Virus record (IMG/VR): IMGVR_UViG_3300009285_000027
Length of the DNA: 41,634 nucleotides
DNA from: a virus
Reading direction: 5' to 3' (one strand)
The position numbers were made by a program, and so were the translations under genes. The notes under the pieces were generated by a model. It was given only the letters and a program-made list of their open reading frames with translations. It was not told the DNA's origin and ran no database searches. Shown here piece by piece: positions 8,992 to 17,737 of this stretch (positions are counted from its first letter, which is position 1; the number at the start of each line of letters is the position of its first letter).

Positions 8992-9473
8992 ACATCAAAT
9001 TCAACGTTCGCGGTATCGAAGAATTCCAGGCCTTTCTAAAGGCGCTCCCGCGCGGGGGTGTGCGCGTGGCCCTGAAAGCGTTCACCGAATACGTTATCGG
9101 CAACGAGCAGCACGGCTTGAAGCACAACGAGCCGTATAAATACGTTTCAAGAAAATCGGCTTACGGCTTCACCTTTTTCACCGACAAACAGCGCCGCTGG
9201 TTCTGGGCTAATGGCGGCCCTGATATGATCGGCAATAATCGCACGGGCGAGAGTAGTAAACTCTGGCAATATGTCGCAGTGACAGACTGCCAGTACCGGA
9301 TCACCAACCCGACGCGCGCTGCATATTTCACACGCAGCAACACGGGCCAGGCACGGCAACCCGCTAAAGTCGGTTGGCGGAAAACGCTTGCAGTTGTCAC
9401 GTCTAATCTAGCCGGGGGCATTCGCGCCGCTAATGCCGCACTGAACGCGTGGATAAAGTCGAAAGGGAGATGA
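8988..9473 (+). CDS. Hypothetical virion-module protein
   Basis: 161-aa ORF with ATGA overlap to the upstream gene. Confidence 0.55.
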   Translation: MNIKFNVRGIEEFQAFLKALPRGGVRVALKAFTEYVIGNEQHGLKHNEPYKYVSRKSAYGFTFFTDKQRRWFWANGGPDMIGNNRTGESSKLWQYVAVTDCQYRITNPTRAAYFTRSNTGQARQPAKVGWRKTLAVVTSNLAGGIRAANAALNAWIKSKGR

Positions 9474-9474
9474 C

Positions 9475-9660
9475 ATGAGTCCCATAGACATTTTTATGAT
9501 TTACCTCTGCGTTGTTGCAATTGTGCTATTTATCCTGTACTGTGTGGCGTTTCTGTTGGCGCTTGTCGAACATATCCGACTCTCCCGAATGTCTGATATG
9601 GAGCAATGTGCATACCTGATTGATAAATATGGCTATCATTGGCAGGAGCATTTATCTTGA
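9475..9660 (+). CDS. Small membrane protein
   Basis: 61 aa with one long hydrophobic helix (IFMIYLCVVAIVLFILYCVAFLLALV) and GGGAGATGAC upstream of the ATG. Confidence 0.5.
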   Translation: MSPIDIFMIYLCVVAIVLFILYCVAFLLALVEHIRLSRMSDMEQCAYLIDKYGYHWQEHLS

Positions 9661-9682
9661 CAAAAAGAAAGGAAGATAGACG

Positions 9683-9853
9683 ATGGGTATTCATGCTATC
9701 CAAAAATGTATAGATGTTACGGTTGAACTATCAGCCAGTGCGCGTGGTTTATGTGTAAGCCTAAATAAACTCAGGTATTTTATGAATAAATTCAAGCGCG
9801 CCGTTCATACGGAAAAAGTTAAAGAACTAAAGCAGAAGCGGAGAAGGCGATAA
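9683..9853 (+). CDS. Possible 56-aa basic protein (below the ORF-track cutoff)
   Basis: ATG at 9683 preceded by AAAGGAAG. Open to the TAA at 9851-9853. Lys/Arg-rich C-terminus. Lies in an AT-richer patch. Confidence 0.35.
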   Translation: MGIHAIQKCIDVTVELSASARGLCVSLNKLRYFMNKFKRAVHTEKVKELKQKRRRR

Positions 9854-9892
9854 TGACCACGCTAGACAAAGACGGTGGCGCTGTTTTTGCTG

Positions 9893-9908
9893 TAAAATAG
9901 TGTATAAT
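9893..9908 (+). promoter_or_regulatory. Two adjacent -10-like hexamers (TAAAAT 9893-9898, TATAAT 9903-9908)
   Basis: ctgTAAAATagtgTATAATgcc. The TGTAAAAT string is shared with the leftward early promoter. No convincing -35. Confidence 0.25.
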
Positions 9909-9975
9909 GCCGTTGATGGATGGCTGCGGGATAAGCGGCCGACATCGCCAAAATAAAACAATAGCGACGCAAGAT

Positions 9976-10029
9976 AAGCGCACCTTGTTTTGAGACTTTA
10001 TGTCTCTTACAAGGTGCGCTTTTTTGTTT
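9976..10029 (+). terminator. Intrinsic terminator directly upstream of the capsid gene
   Basis: aagcgcaccttgt (9976-9988) pairs with acaaggtgcgctt (10009-10021). An inner stem gagac/gtctc is present. The hairpin is followed by TTTTTTGTTT. Confidence 0.7.
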
Positions 10030-10038
10030 GGAGTGAAC

Positions 10039-11937
10039 ATGGACGAAACCAAAACGATCATGGATGCAACAAAAGTAGGGGCACGCAACAACCGCATGGA
10101 CAAAGAGACCATCCAGAAGATGCACGATGCCGCCGTACAACTTGGGGCGGAGTGCGAGCCGATGGAAGATATGGAAAAGAGCGTTGACCCTGAAAGCCTT
10201 GTTTTCGAGGGGGCCGAAGTGAAAGCCGTTGGCAACGGCAAGGTGGCTGGTTATCTTATCCGCTACGGGAATCCGAAGAACGCAGACCTCGAGGGCGATT
10301 TCTTCAACGCCGGGACCGACTACGGTGTAGTGGATGGGGGAACCATCCCGATCTATTATCAGCACGGCTTCGACGGCGCGTTGAAAAACAGGCGCATCGG
10401 CCGCGGTGTAATCAAATTTGACGACGTTGGTCTGTGGCTTGAAGCGCAATTGGAAATGCGCGACGAATACGAAAAGATGCTCTATGACCTCGCAGAGAAA
10501 GGAAAGCTCGGGTGGAGTAGTGGGGCGGCTGGACATCTCGTGGAACGCGAGCAGGTCGGGAAAGCCTACTACATCAAGACATGGCCGATTGCGGAGGGGA
10601 GTCTTACCCCCACCCCCGCAGAGCCTAGAAACACAGTAACACCGCTCAAATCTTTGAGCGTTATTCAGCAGGTGGAAGCAGAGCCAGCCGCGCAGGATAA
10701 GCGCGAAAGCGAGCAGCCTGAAACGAATCAACCAACTGGCAGCAATGCCAAAGGAGTTACGATGGAAATTACCGAAGAAAAACTCCAGGAGATGTTGACG
10801 GAGGCCGCCGAGGCTGGCTCGAAGAAAGCCATTGAAGCGACCGAACCTGTCAATTCCGCTGGAGTTATCCCGGTCACGACCGATGAGGCCGACCGCCCGT
10901 TTAAGACACTGGCAGAACAAGCCATCGCCGTCAAGAACTATTACACCTCTCTCGGTCGCACGGTGGACCCCCGCATCAAACGCTTGCAGGCAATGGAAGC
11001 CAAAGCCGTGCAAGGCGCATCCGAAGGCGTGCCCACGGACGGCGGTATTTTGCTTGAGCCGACCCTGACCGCCGAGGTCATCAAACCAATCCATGAAGAA
11101 GGACCATTCGCCAACGCCGTGCGAAAACTCCCCGTTTCCAATAACAGCAATTCTGGATGGATCAACGGCGTAGACGAAACCAGTCGCGAAACCGGCTCAC
11201 GCTGGGGCGGCCTGCGTGGTTATCGCCTGGCAGAGGGCGAAACGGTTACGAAGAGCAAGCCGAAATTCAGGCGCATTCAGTGGGAACTCAAAAAGTATGG
11301 TGTGCTCGTATATGACACCAACGAGCTTTTGAGGGATGCCGCACAGTTTGCCGCGATCGTGGAGCAAGGGAGCCGGGAAGAAATTGGCTTCATGCTCAAC
11401 GACGACATTCTGAACGGCTTGGGCGTGGCTGGCCCGCAGGGTATCATGCAATCCGGCGCGCTGATTTCCGTGGCGCGCAATACCGCCTCCACGATCAAAG
11501 GCGATGACATCTCCAATATGTGGATGCGGCTCTCTCTGCGCTCGAAGGCGCGCGCGAATTTTTACATCAATCCTGATTGTTCTGCGCAGCTTGACAGTCT
11601 GTTTGCAGTCGGCTCGACCTCCGTCCTGTATCCCTATGCGAGTTACCGCGATGGGGTCCGCACATTGTACGGTCGCCCGATCATCGAAACCGAGTTCAAT
11701 CCGTCGCTCAATACAAGCGGCGATATTCTGCTCGCAGACCTGAACGAGTATCTTCTGTGGGAAAAGGGCAACGTGGAAATGGCAACCTCCATGCACGTTG
11801 AATTCCTGACCGATCAGGAAGTTATCCGCTTCATTTACCGCGCAGACGGTCAGACCGCGCTTGCTTCGGCGCTCACGCCCTACAAAGGTTCAAACAACCG
11901 TTCGCCCTTTGTCGTGCTTGGGTCGGCTTCGGCATAA
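10039..11937 (+). CDS. Prohead protease / delta-like linker / HK97-fold major capsid protein fusion
   Basis: ORF 10000..11937. The ATG at 10039 has GGAG upstream. The N-terminal ~190 aa look like an HK97-type prohead serine protease (YYQHGFDG...GKLGWSSG). A charged helical linker follows, then a capsid-like C-terminal ~300 aa. Confidence 0.85.
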   Translation: MDETKTIMDATKVGARNNRMDKETIQKMHDAAVQLGAECEPMEDMEKSVDPESLVFEGAEVKAVGNGKVAGYLIRYGNPKNADLEGDFFNAGTDYGVVDGGTIPIYYQHGFDGALKNRRIGRGVIKFDDVGLWLEAQLEMRDEYEKMLYDLAEKGKLGWSSGAAGHLVEREQVGKAYYIKTWPIAEGSLTPTPAEPRNTVTPLKSLSVIQQVEAEPAAQDKRESEQPETNQPTGSNAKGVTMEITEEKLQEMLTEAAEAGSKKAIEATEPVNSAGVIPVTTDEADRPFKTLAEQAIAVKNYYTSLGRTVDPRIKRLQAMEAKAVQGASEGVPTDGGILLEPTLTAEVIKPIHEEGPFANAVRKLPVSNNSNSGWINGVDETSRETGSRWGGLRGYRLAEGETVTKSKPKFRRIQWELKKYGVLVYDTNELLRDAAQFAAIVEQGSREEIGFMLNDDILNGLGVAGPQGIMQSGALISVARNTASTIKGDDISNMWMRLSLRSKARANFYINPDCSAQLDSLFAVGSTSVLYPYASYRDGVRTLYGRPIIETEFNPSLNTSGDILLADLNEYLLWEKGNVEMATSMHVEFLTDQEVIRFIYRADGQTALASALTPYKGSNNRSPFVVLGSASA

Positions 11938-11949
11938 GGAGATGACACA

Positions 11950-12447
11950 ATGAAAGACGCTCGATTTGTCACGATGGAAAACATCGTTCCGCTCGTTTCC
12001 CCCGCGGATGTGACCACAAGCGCGACGGCTACCGCCTTCGTGGATATGAAGAACGCGCTGCACGCTACGTTCTTTGCATTCTTCGGCTCGATCACATCCA
12101 CCTCCGCAGATCAGGCCGTTGTGGTGACGATGGAATGTGCAACCGCTGCCGCTTCTGGTAGTGAAGTTGCTATCGCGTTCAGCTACCGCCTGTCCGGTGC
12201 AGTTGCGGCGAATACCTGGGGCGCGATCACTGCCGCGACTTCAAGCGGCGTTTCGGTGGGCACAACCGACGATGACAAGATCCTCGCGGTGGACATCAAT
12301 CCCGCTGCACTGGAAGGTGCACTCGCTGACGCCCGCTTTGTGCGTATGGTCATCACGCCTGACGCAGGCGCTTCGGCTACCGAAGTCGCAGCCTGGGCCG
12401 TGCTCGACCCGCGCTATCCGCAGTTGACTCACAAGTCCGCTACCTAA
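11950..12447 (+). CDS. Putative head decoration / capsid accessory protein
   Basis: 165-aa Ala/Thr-rich ORF directly after the capsid gene, with AAGGAGA RBS. Confidence 0.55.
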   Translation: MKDARFVTMENIVPLVSPADVTTSATATAFVDMKNALHATFFAFFGSITSTSADQAVVVTMECATAAASGSEVAIAFSYRLSGAVAANTWGAITAATSSGVSVGTTDDDKILAVDINPAALEGALADARFVRMVITPDAGASATEVAAWAVLDPRYPQLTHKSAT

Positions 12448-12455
12448 TTCACAAA

Positions 12456-12479
12456 GGGGAGAGGCTAACCCCTCTCCCC
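12456..12479 (+). terminator. Hairpin after the capsid/decoration genes (weak terminator or stabiliser)
   Basis: ggggagagg / cctctcccc, a 9-bp stem with a 6-nt loop. The U-tract is poor (TCTGAGG). Confidence 0.4.
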
Positions 12480-12491
12480 TCTGAGGTTGTC

Positions 12492-13391
12492 ATGTCGATA
12501 CAAATCGAAAAAATTTCTGACACCCGGCTTTGGATTCATGATGGCGCTACGAACATCATGGATATTGATACGTCCAATGGTGTGCGGATTGATAGCGCGT
12601 TCAAAATCGGTACGGACCTTGTAAGTCCCTCCTCTTCCGAGTTGGCGGCGATCAATGGACTGACCGCTACAGCCGCTCAATTGAATATTCTCGACGCTGG
12701 CAATCTGGATTTAGCCAGTACCTCTCCCGCAGGTCATGCAATCGACCTTGAAGGGATGACGCTGGCGGCTAACAAAAACGCCATTCGCGGCGCAAGCGTC
12801 AACCCCACCCGCACGAGCGGGTGGATCAGCTTTAGCGGCACAGTCGGAGCGACCCCCGCACAGGTGTACACGGATTATCGCGAACTCCACACGACTGGCG
12901 TGGCAGAGGTATTAGGCGCTGGCTTCTTCCCATTCATGGACAGCGGCGCATCGTGTGCGAGTATGTTCGCTGTACAGGCAATTTGTGAAGTGGATGCGGG
13001 TTCAACGGTTCTAACCGCAGGCGGATTGCCCGCTGTTGGAATATTCCCCATTTTTGCCAAGCTATTACTCAATGGCGAGACTTTCAACTCGGGGGGAGTA
13101 GCTGCCGCGATATTCTTGGCGGTCCAGTCAAACGTAACTGATGTAAGTGCTCAGGATGTTTCGGCTCTCAATATCGAGAACGCGTCAGGCGTTACAAAGT
13201 CTTTGCTTCATTTGACCAATACGGCTAACGGCTTCACAAATCTTTTATGGCTCCCTGACGATGGATTGCCCGCTAGTCTCACCAATGGCTCAGACCTCAA
13301 TGATATTTCTGCTACGGCAAATCAGGGCTGGATCAAGGTGCTGATTGATTCGACTGTCCGCTACATCCCGCTCTATGCTGCGAAAGCCTAA
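12492..13391 (+). CDS. Putative virion structural protein
   Basis: 299-aa ORF with GAGG RBS, Ala/Gly/Thr-rich and beta-rich, in the head module. Confidence 0.55.
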   Translation: MSIQIEKISDTRLWIHDGATNIMDIDTSNGVRIDSAFKIGTDLVSPSSSELAAINGLTATAAQLNILDAGNLDLASTSPAGHAIDLEGMTLAANKNAIRGASVNPTRTSGWISFSGTVGATPAQVYTDYRELHTTGVAEVLGAGFFPFMDSGASCASMFAVQAICEVDAGSTVLTAGGLPAVGIFPIFAKLLLNGETFNSGGVAAAIFLAVQSNVTDVSAQDVSALNIENASGVTKSLLHLTNTANGFTNLLWLPDDGLPASLTNGSDLNDISATANQGWIKVLIDSTVRYIPLYAAKA

Positions 13392-13393
13392 TC

Positions 13394-13552
13394 ATGGACA
13401 AAGAAGCTATTGAAAAGCGATTATCTGAATTGCGGAGAGAATTGGAACGAGTGCAGGCAAATGGCAATGCTCTACTTGGAGCTATTCAAGATTGCGAATA
13501 CTGGCTTGCAAAGTTGAAGGAAAAAGAAATAGAAAGCGCGCCGAATGAATAA
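13394..13552 (+). CDS. Possible 52-aa coiled-coil protein (below the ORF-track cutoff)
   Basis: ATG 13394 to TAA 13550-13552. Heptad-like MDKEAIEKRLSELRRELERVQ. Overlaps the next start by 8 nt. Confidence 0.4.
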   Translation: MDKEAIEKRLSELRRELERVQANGNALLGAIQDCEYWLAKLKEKEIESAPNE

Positions 13553-14600
13553 ACTTGCCATAGTCGGAAGCGGACCCGACACGCGCGATAACGCCCCCTG
13601 GGATGACCCATCTTTTGACATTTGGGTTTTCAACGAAGCCGGTAATCATTCGTGGTGCAAGCGCTGGAATGCGGTTTTCCAGATGCACGAGCCGGAGATT
13701 TACAAAGGCCACAACACAAAGGACGTTCATCACTGGGAATGGCTGCAACAAAAGCACTTCAAGCCAATTTATATGCAGGAATTAGACCCATTGGTTCCCG
13801 ATAGTGTGAGATACCCGCTCGAAGAAGCAAAGGCACTGGCCGGGGTGCAGATGTTCCCATCCACCTTTGCGTATATGGCAGCTCTGGCTGTTCTGAATGG
13901 CTACGAACAGGTCCGAATCTTCGGCGTGGAACTCTCGGTAACAGAATATCAATCTCAGGCAAATGGCTATTTATTCTGGTTCGGTTTCCTGCGCGGGCGG
14001 CTGAGCGTGGAGAACGTAGACTCAGCTATTTTGCATCTTGGACAAAATATCTTTGAAGTGCCTCTCTATGGTTACGAAGGTGAATTCTCATTGGGATGTG
14101 CTCATTTTCAGGAGCGCGTCAAATTTCTGGATGCTCAGTGGTCATCGTCCGAGAAGAATTTACAGAATATGAAAAAGGCAATCGAGCGCGCCGTGGAAAA
14201 GAAAGAGTATGAAAAGGTACAGCAGTTCTCTTTGACGTTCCAGACTGCTGCGATGACCTGCGGGGAATTCGCGGGTGCGCTGGCAGAGGCGGAACGATAC
14301 CACACGTTTGGAGACCGCTATGCGGATAGAGGCGGCTTTGAAACAGCAGCCGCAGAAGCGCAAATCGAAGGCGAAAAGCATAAAGCCCTCATGCTTCACG
14401 AAGGCGGCAAGGTCGAATACCTGTGGAACGTCTGGAAGCAGACAAATTCGGTGCAGGCAGTAAATCAGATGCTTGGCTTTATCGAGGCGATGGGAAAATG
14501 CGCCTATGATACTGGCGCGCAGCTTGGGAAATATCACGAAAACGTTAGCTATATCGTGAGGTATGACGATATGGCACAGGCGAATGGTGTCGTAAAATGA
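13545..14600 (+). CDS. Rossmann-like enzyme, possibly a DUF115/MAF-type sugar transferase, with a helical C-terminal half
   Basis: N-terminus KLAIVGSGPD...DIWVFNEAG, later RIFGVELS. The enzyme-like fold is unexpected between capsid and connector genes. The functional call is weak. Confidence 0.55.
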   Translation: MNKLAIVGSGPDTRDNAPWDDPSFDIWVFNEAGNHSWCKRWNAVFQMHEPEIYKGHNTKDVHHWEWLQQKHFKPIYMQELDPLVPDSVRYPLEEAKALAGVQMFPSTFAYMAALAVLNGYEQVRIFGVELSVTEYQSQANGYLFWFGFLRGRLSVENVDSAILHLGQNIFEVPLYGYEGEFSLGCAHFQERVKFLDAQWSSSEKNLQNMKKAIERAVEKKEYEKVQQFSLTFQTAAMTCGEFAGALAEAERYHTFGDRYADRGGFETAAAEAQIEGEKHKALMLHEGGKVEYLWNVWKQTNSVQAVNQMLGFIEAMGKCAYDTGAQLGKYHENVSYIVRYDDMAQANGVVK

Positions 14601-15448
14601 CACCCCGAAATAGTTATGCCACTCTCGCGGAACTCAAGAATTATATGGCCGCGCGTCAGCAATCATCGTCTGTGTCCACTGACACGGTAGATGATGGGGT
14701 TGCAGAGCAGCTATTGGAGTATGCCAGCCGCTACATTGACGGGAAAACGTCCCGCTGGTTCTATCCACGTATCGAGATGCGCAATTATTCGATCCCCGAC
14801 TATCCATATACAGGCCGCGAGATTTGTTTCGACGCCGATCTGCTGGAAGTCATTACTTTCCTGAACGGCGATAATACCTCCGTCGCGGCTACAAACTACA
14901 ACCTGCACCCGAAGAACGAATCGCCCAAATACAAATTAATGATGAAAGAGACGTCAACCGTTGTTTGGGAAACTGACTCGGACGGAGAATACGAACATGT
15001 TTTAGACCTCACAGCAATTTGGGGTTATCACAGCCGCTATGTCAACGCCTGGAAAGTAGGCTCCACCCTGGCGGAGGCGCTGGACGCGAACGAGACGGAA
15101 TTCGATGTAGCGAGTGCCGCTTTGTTTGCTTCTGGACACATCATAAAAATCGATAACGAGATTTGCATTGTCTCAACTGCGCCAACTGGAAAGGTAAACG
15201 TTGTTTCGCGTGGCGACAATGGCTCTACTGCCACAACTCACGATAATGGCGCGACGGTGTATATCTGGGTTCCGATGGAGGACGCGCGTAATGCAGTTAT
15301 CGAGATTGCCAATACTGCCTATCGCCGCAGGTTCGGTCAGTCCACGAGCAACACGGAAACGGTCACGGCGGCGGGTGTGGTCCTCAGCCCTAAAGATATT
15401 CCTTCGATGGCGGCTGAGTTCGTCAAAACTTACAGGCGGTACGTGTGA
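14597..15448 (+). CDS. Head-tail connector/adaptor (gp6-like N-terminus)
   Basis: The N-terminus YATLAELKNYMA...DDGVAEQLLEYASRYIDGKTSR resembles gp6-like adaptors. ATGA overlap. Confidence 0.55.
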   Translation: MTPRNSYATLAELKNYMAARQQSSSVSTDTVDDGVAEQLLEYASRYIDGKTSRWFYPRIEMRNYSIPDYPYTGREICFDADLLEVITFLNGDNTSVAATNYNLHPKNESPKYKLMMKETSTVVWETDSDGEYEHVLDLTAIWGYHSRYVNAWKVGSTLAEALDANETEFDVASAALFASGHIIKIDNEICIVSTAPTGKVNVVSRGDNGSTATTHDNGATVYIWVPMEDARNAVIEIANTAYRRRFGQSTSNTETVTAAGVVLSPKDIPSMAAEFVKTYRRYV

Positions 15449-15900
15449 CCATTACCTCCGCTTTCTTGACTATCACAAACAGCATTGCGGCCTTGAGTAT
15501 CACGGGTGTGACGATCAAGGATGTTGACGAGATTCCGCAGAGCGCGGCACTCATCTGCCCGGTGCTTATCCCGCAGCCGAATGGATTTGTGTCGGATTTT
15601 AGTCAAGAACGAGTTTCGTTTGGTTCCAATGGTACTGCTAAGATGGATTTCAACTACAACTTGAATTACGTCTTTTTGTATGCCGAAGCCGGGAGCGGCG
15701 TTGGAACGTTTGATATTTATAGTGGATTAATGACGAAACTTTCGGCAATTCTTGTAGCATTCGCCTCTAACGATAAGATTGACGGATTAGTGGATTTGGA
15801 AACATCTGGCATTGGAGATATCGGAATCATACAAGACCCAGCAGGAAACCAGTATTGGGGTATCCTGATTTCTCTAAGGGTACTGGAGCACGCGCAATGA
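15445..15900 (+). CDS. Hypothetical head-tail joining / tail completion protein
   Basis: 151-aa ORF with a GTG start overlapping the upstream stop. Call is by position. Confidence 0.5.
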   Translation: MTITSAFLTITNSIAALSITGVTIKDVDEIPQSAALICPVLIPQPNGFVSDFSQERVSFGSNGTAKMDFNYNLNYVFLYAEAGSGVGTFDIYSGLMTKLSAILVAFASNDKIDGLVDLETSGIGDIGIIQDPAGNQYWGILISLRVLEHAQ

Positions 15901-16145
15901 AAATCAAATTTCTTTTTGGCTACAGCGGACGCGAGACCGCGATGAGAACCTACGATGTAGATGATATTGCAGACCTCCCGCAGGCGCAGGCGATGGAACT
16001 GGTACGGCTGGGCGTGGCTGAGGAAGTGGAAGAGGAAATCGAATCAAGCATCGGGGAAACTAAAGGCGATTTTGGGACACTACCAGATTTCAATCCTGAG
16101 GTCGAGCGCGTAGCAAAACCTCGCAAAGGCAAGGCGACAAAATGA
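15897..16145 (+). CDS. Hypothetical acidic small protein
   Basis: ORF 15855..16145. The ATG at 15897 overlaps the upstream stop (ATGA). Confidence 0.5.
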   Translation: MKIKFLFGYSGRETAMRTYDVDDIADLPQAQAMELVRLGVAEEVEEEIESSIGETKGDFGTLPDFNPEVERVAKPRKGKATK

Positions 16146-16930
16146 CACGCACACACAACAAGCATATTCGCGCTTACGTAGACGGGGTGGATATTTCAGG
16201 CTACACCCGGCAAATCGGCGCGCTGAGTTGGATGTTCGGGGCAGAGCCAGACGCTGCGCTAACCGACGAATGTAAAAATGTTCTAATCGGACAGGCCGAT
16301 ATTCAAGCCGGACCAATCAACGCGTTTTTGGATAACGACGCGGCCGGGTTATTTGTTTTGGCTGGCTCAGGCACAGCAGATCACGGTACGCGTAATCTCA
16401 TGGTTGCCATTGGAGCCAACGCCACGCCCGCAGCAGGAGATCCAATTTTTGCGTGGAAGTTTGAGCAGATCGGTTATCAGGTGGAAAAGGGGGCAGGATT
16501 TGTCGCGGCTTCGATTCCATTTGGAGGCGCTTCGTATGCTTCGACACTGACCTATAAAAGACCCTGGGGGGTGCTGTTATATCCGAAAGCGGCGCGGACC
16601 TCAGCCGCAGGCGCGAACACAGCCGTTGGCATAGACGACTACGGAGCATCTCCCCCGTCGTTGGGAGGAGTATTCTGCTATCATCTTTTCAGCAGCGATG
16701 GCACAGTAACGCTCACAGCGCAAGAGGCTGATACCAATCTGGACGGATCATTTGGCGCGATAACCGGCGCGACCTCTGGAAGCATTACTGCCGCAGTCAC
16801 TCCCCAGCATGGCATGGTTGCGTTGGCAACCAACGCAGCGATCAAACGATATTTGCGATGGCAAATCGCCTTTGGGACAGCCACCACAGCTACATTTGCA
16901 ATCGGATTCATTCGGAACAATTTGGCATAA
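16142..16930 (+). CDS. Tail tube-like protein, paralog 1
   Basis: 262 aa. The N-terminus TRTHNKHIRAYVDGVDISGYTRQIG parallels that of the next gene. Confidence 0.55.
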   Translation: MTRTHNKHIRAYVDGVDISGYTRQIGALSWMFGAEPDAALTDECKNVLIGQADIQAGPINAFLDNDAAGLFVLAGSGTADHGTRNLMVAIGANATPAAGDPIFAWKFEQIGYQVEKGAGFVAASIPFGGASYASTLTYKRPWGVLLYPKAARTSAAGANTAVGIDDYGASPPSLGGVFCYHLFSSDGTVTLTAQEADTNLDGSFGAITGATSGSITAAVTPQHGMVALATNAAIKRYLRWQIAFGTATTATFAIGFIRNNLA

Positions 16931-16943
16931 AGGAGATAAAACA

Positions 16944-17399
16944 ATGGCAGACACAGGAAGAACTCATGCAAAGCATATCACCGTAAAGGTAGACAATTCG
17001 GGCGGAACGCTCACCGATATTTCGGCGTATACGAACAACGTTGGAACGGTTGGGGCCACATACGAAACGCAGGATGTCACGGCTTTTTCGGACGGTTCTA
17101 AAAATGTCGTGATTGGCAAGCCCTCTTTGCCACTCACGCTTAGCGGTCCGTGGGATACTGTCATCCACTCGCATATGACTGGCATCTGTGGTACAGGCGT
17201 GCCTCTATCGCTGGATATTCAGATCGGTATCCGTTCGGCTTGGGACGCTGGAGAACCGCAGTTTGGAATTACATCATCCTCGACGAGTGGCTACGTTTGT
17301 AACTCATACCTCCCGGACTTCAACGCGAACACCTGGACGGCAACGTTCGACGTATTCGGCCCAACAGCCCCCGCATGGGGTACAGCCGCAGAAAGCTAG
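16944..17399 (+). CDS. Major tail (tube) protein, paralog 2
   Basis: ORF 16809..17399. The ATG at 16944 follows AAGGAGA. The GRTHAKHITVKVDNSGGTLTDISAYTNNVG...QDVTAFSDG pattern is tube-protein-like. Located just upstream of the chaperone genes. Confidence 0.62.
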   Translation: MADTGRTHAKHITVKVDNSGGTLTDISAYTNNVGTVGATYETQDVTAFSDGSKNVVIGKPSLPLTLSGPWDTVIHSHMTGICGTGVPLSLDIQIGIRSAWDAGEPQFGITSSSTSGYVCNSYLPDFNANTWTATFDVFGPTAPAWGTAAES

Positions 17400-17404
17400 G
17401 AGTA

Positions 17405-17737
17405 ATGTCTAAAGTAATCACCTCCCCATCTACCAAGTGGCCGGGGTCGGTCACGATTGCCGACAATCCGAACTGGGACCAAATCGACGCGATGGAAGCC
17501 ACTTTCGGAAACCTGACAGGCGAAGGCGAAAGGGTTTTCTACTCGGTGATAGACCGCAACCAGATTCCCGCAATTGTCGCGTGGGTTGAAAAATGGGAAC
17601 TGGAGAACTTCCCCAATCCAGTTACAGCGGAGAACTTCCCGCGCCTGCCGCGAACCGAGAGTCACAAACTGATTGAGGCGATTTATACCGAGATGCGAAA
17701 TCTGTATTTCGGACAAGCCGAAATCCCAAACGAGTAA
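17405..17737 (+). CDS. Tail assembly chaperone (G-like, zero-frame product)
   Basis: ATG at 17405 after AGGAG. 110 aa. Canonical position between the tube and tape-measure genes. Confidence 0.7.
   Translation: MSKVITSPSTKWPGSVTIADNPNWDQIDAMEATFGNLTGEGERVFYSVIDRNQIPAIVAWVEKWELENFPNPVTAENFPRLPRTESHKLIEAIYTEMRNLYFGQAEIPNE

Noticed and set aside
9862-11094. 410-aa minus-strand ORF (and 11197..11796, 199 aa) antisense to the protease-capsid gene.
   Set aside because: Both lie entirely within a strongly supported plus-strand gene. Their composition is low-complexity and Arg/Gly/His-rich, and they have no RBS. These are typical shadow ORFs of GC-rich coding sequence.
6392-14603. Assorted minus-strand ORFs within the late arm (e.g. 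6392..6805, 6953..7309, 8035..8370, 14160..14603, 20497..20895, 21335..21715).
   Set aside because: These are shadow ORFs opposite well-supported structural genes. No start or RBS context and no intergenic space.
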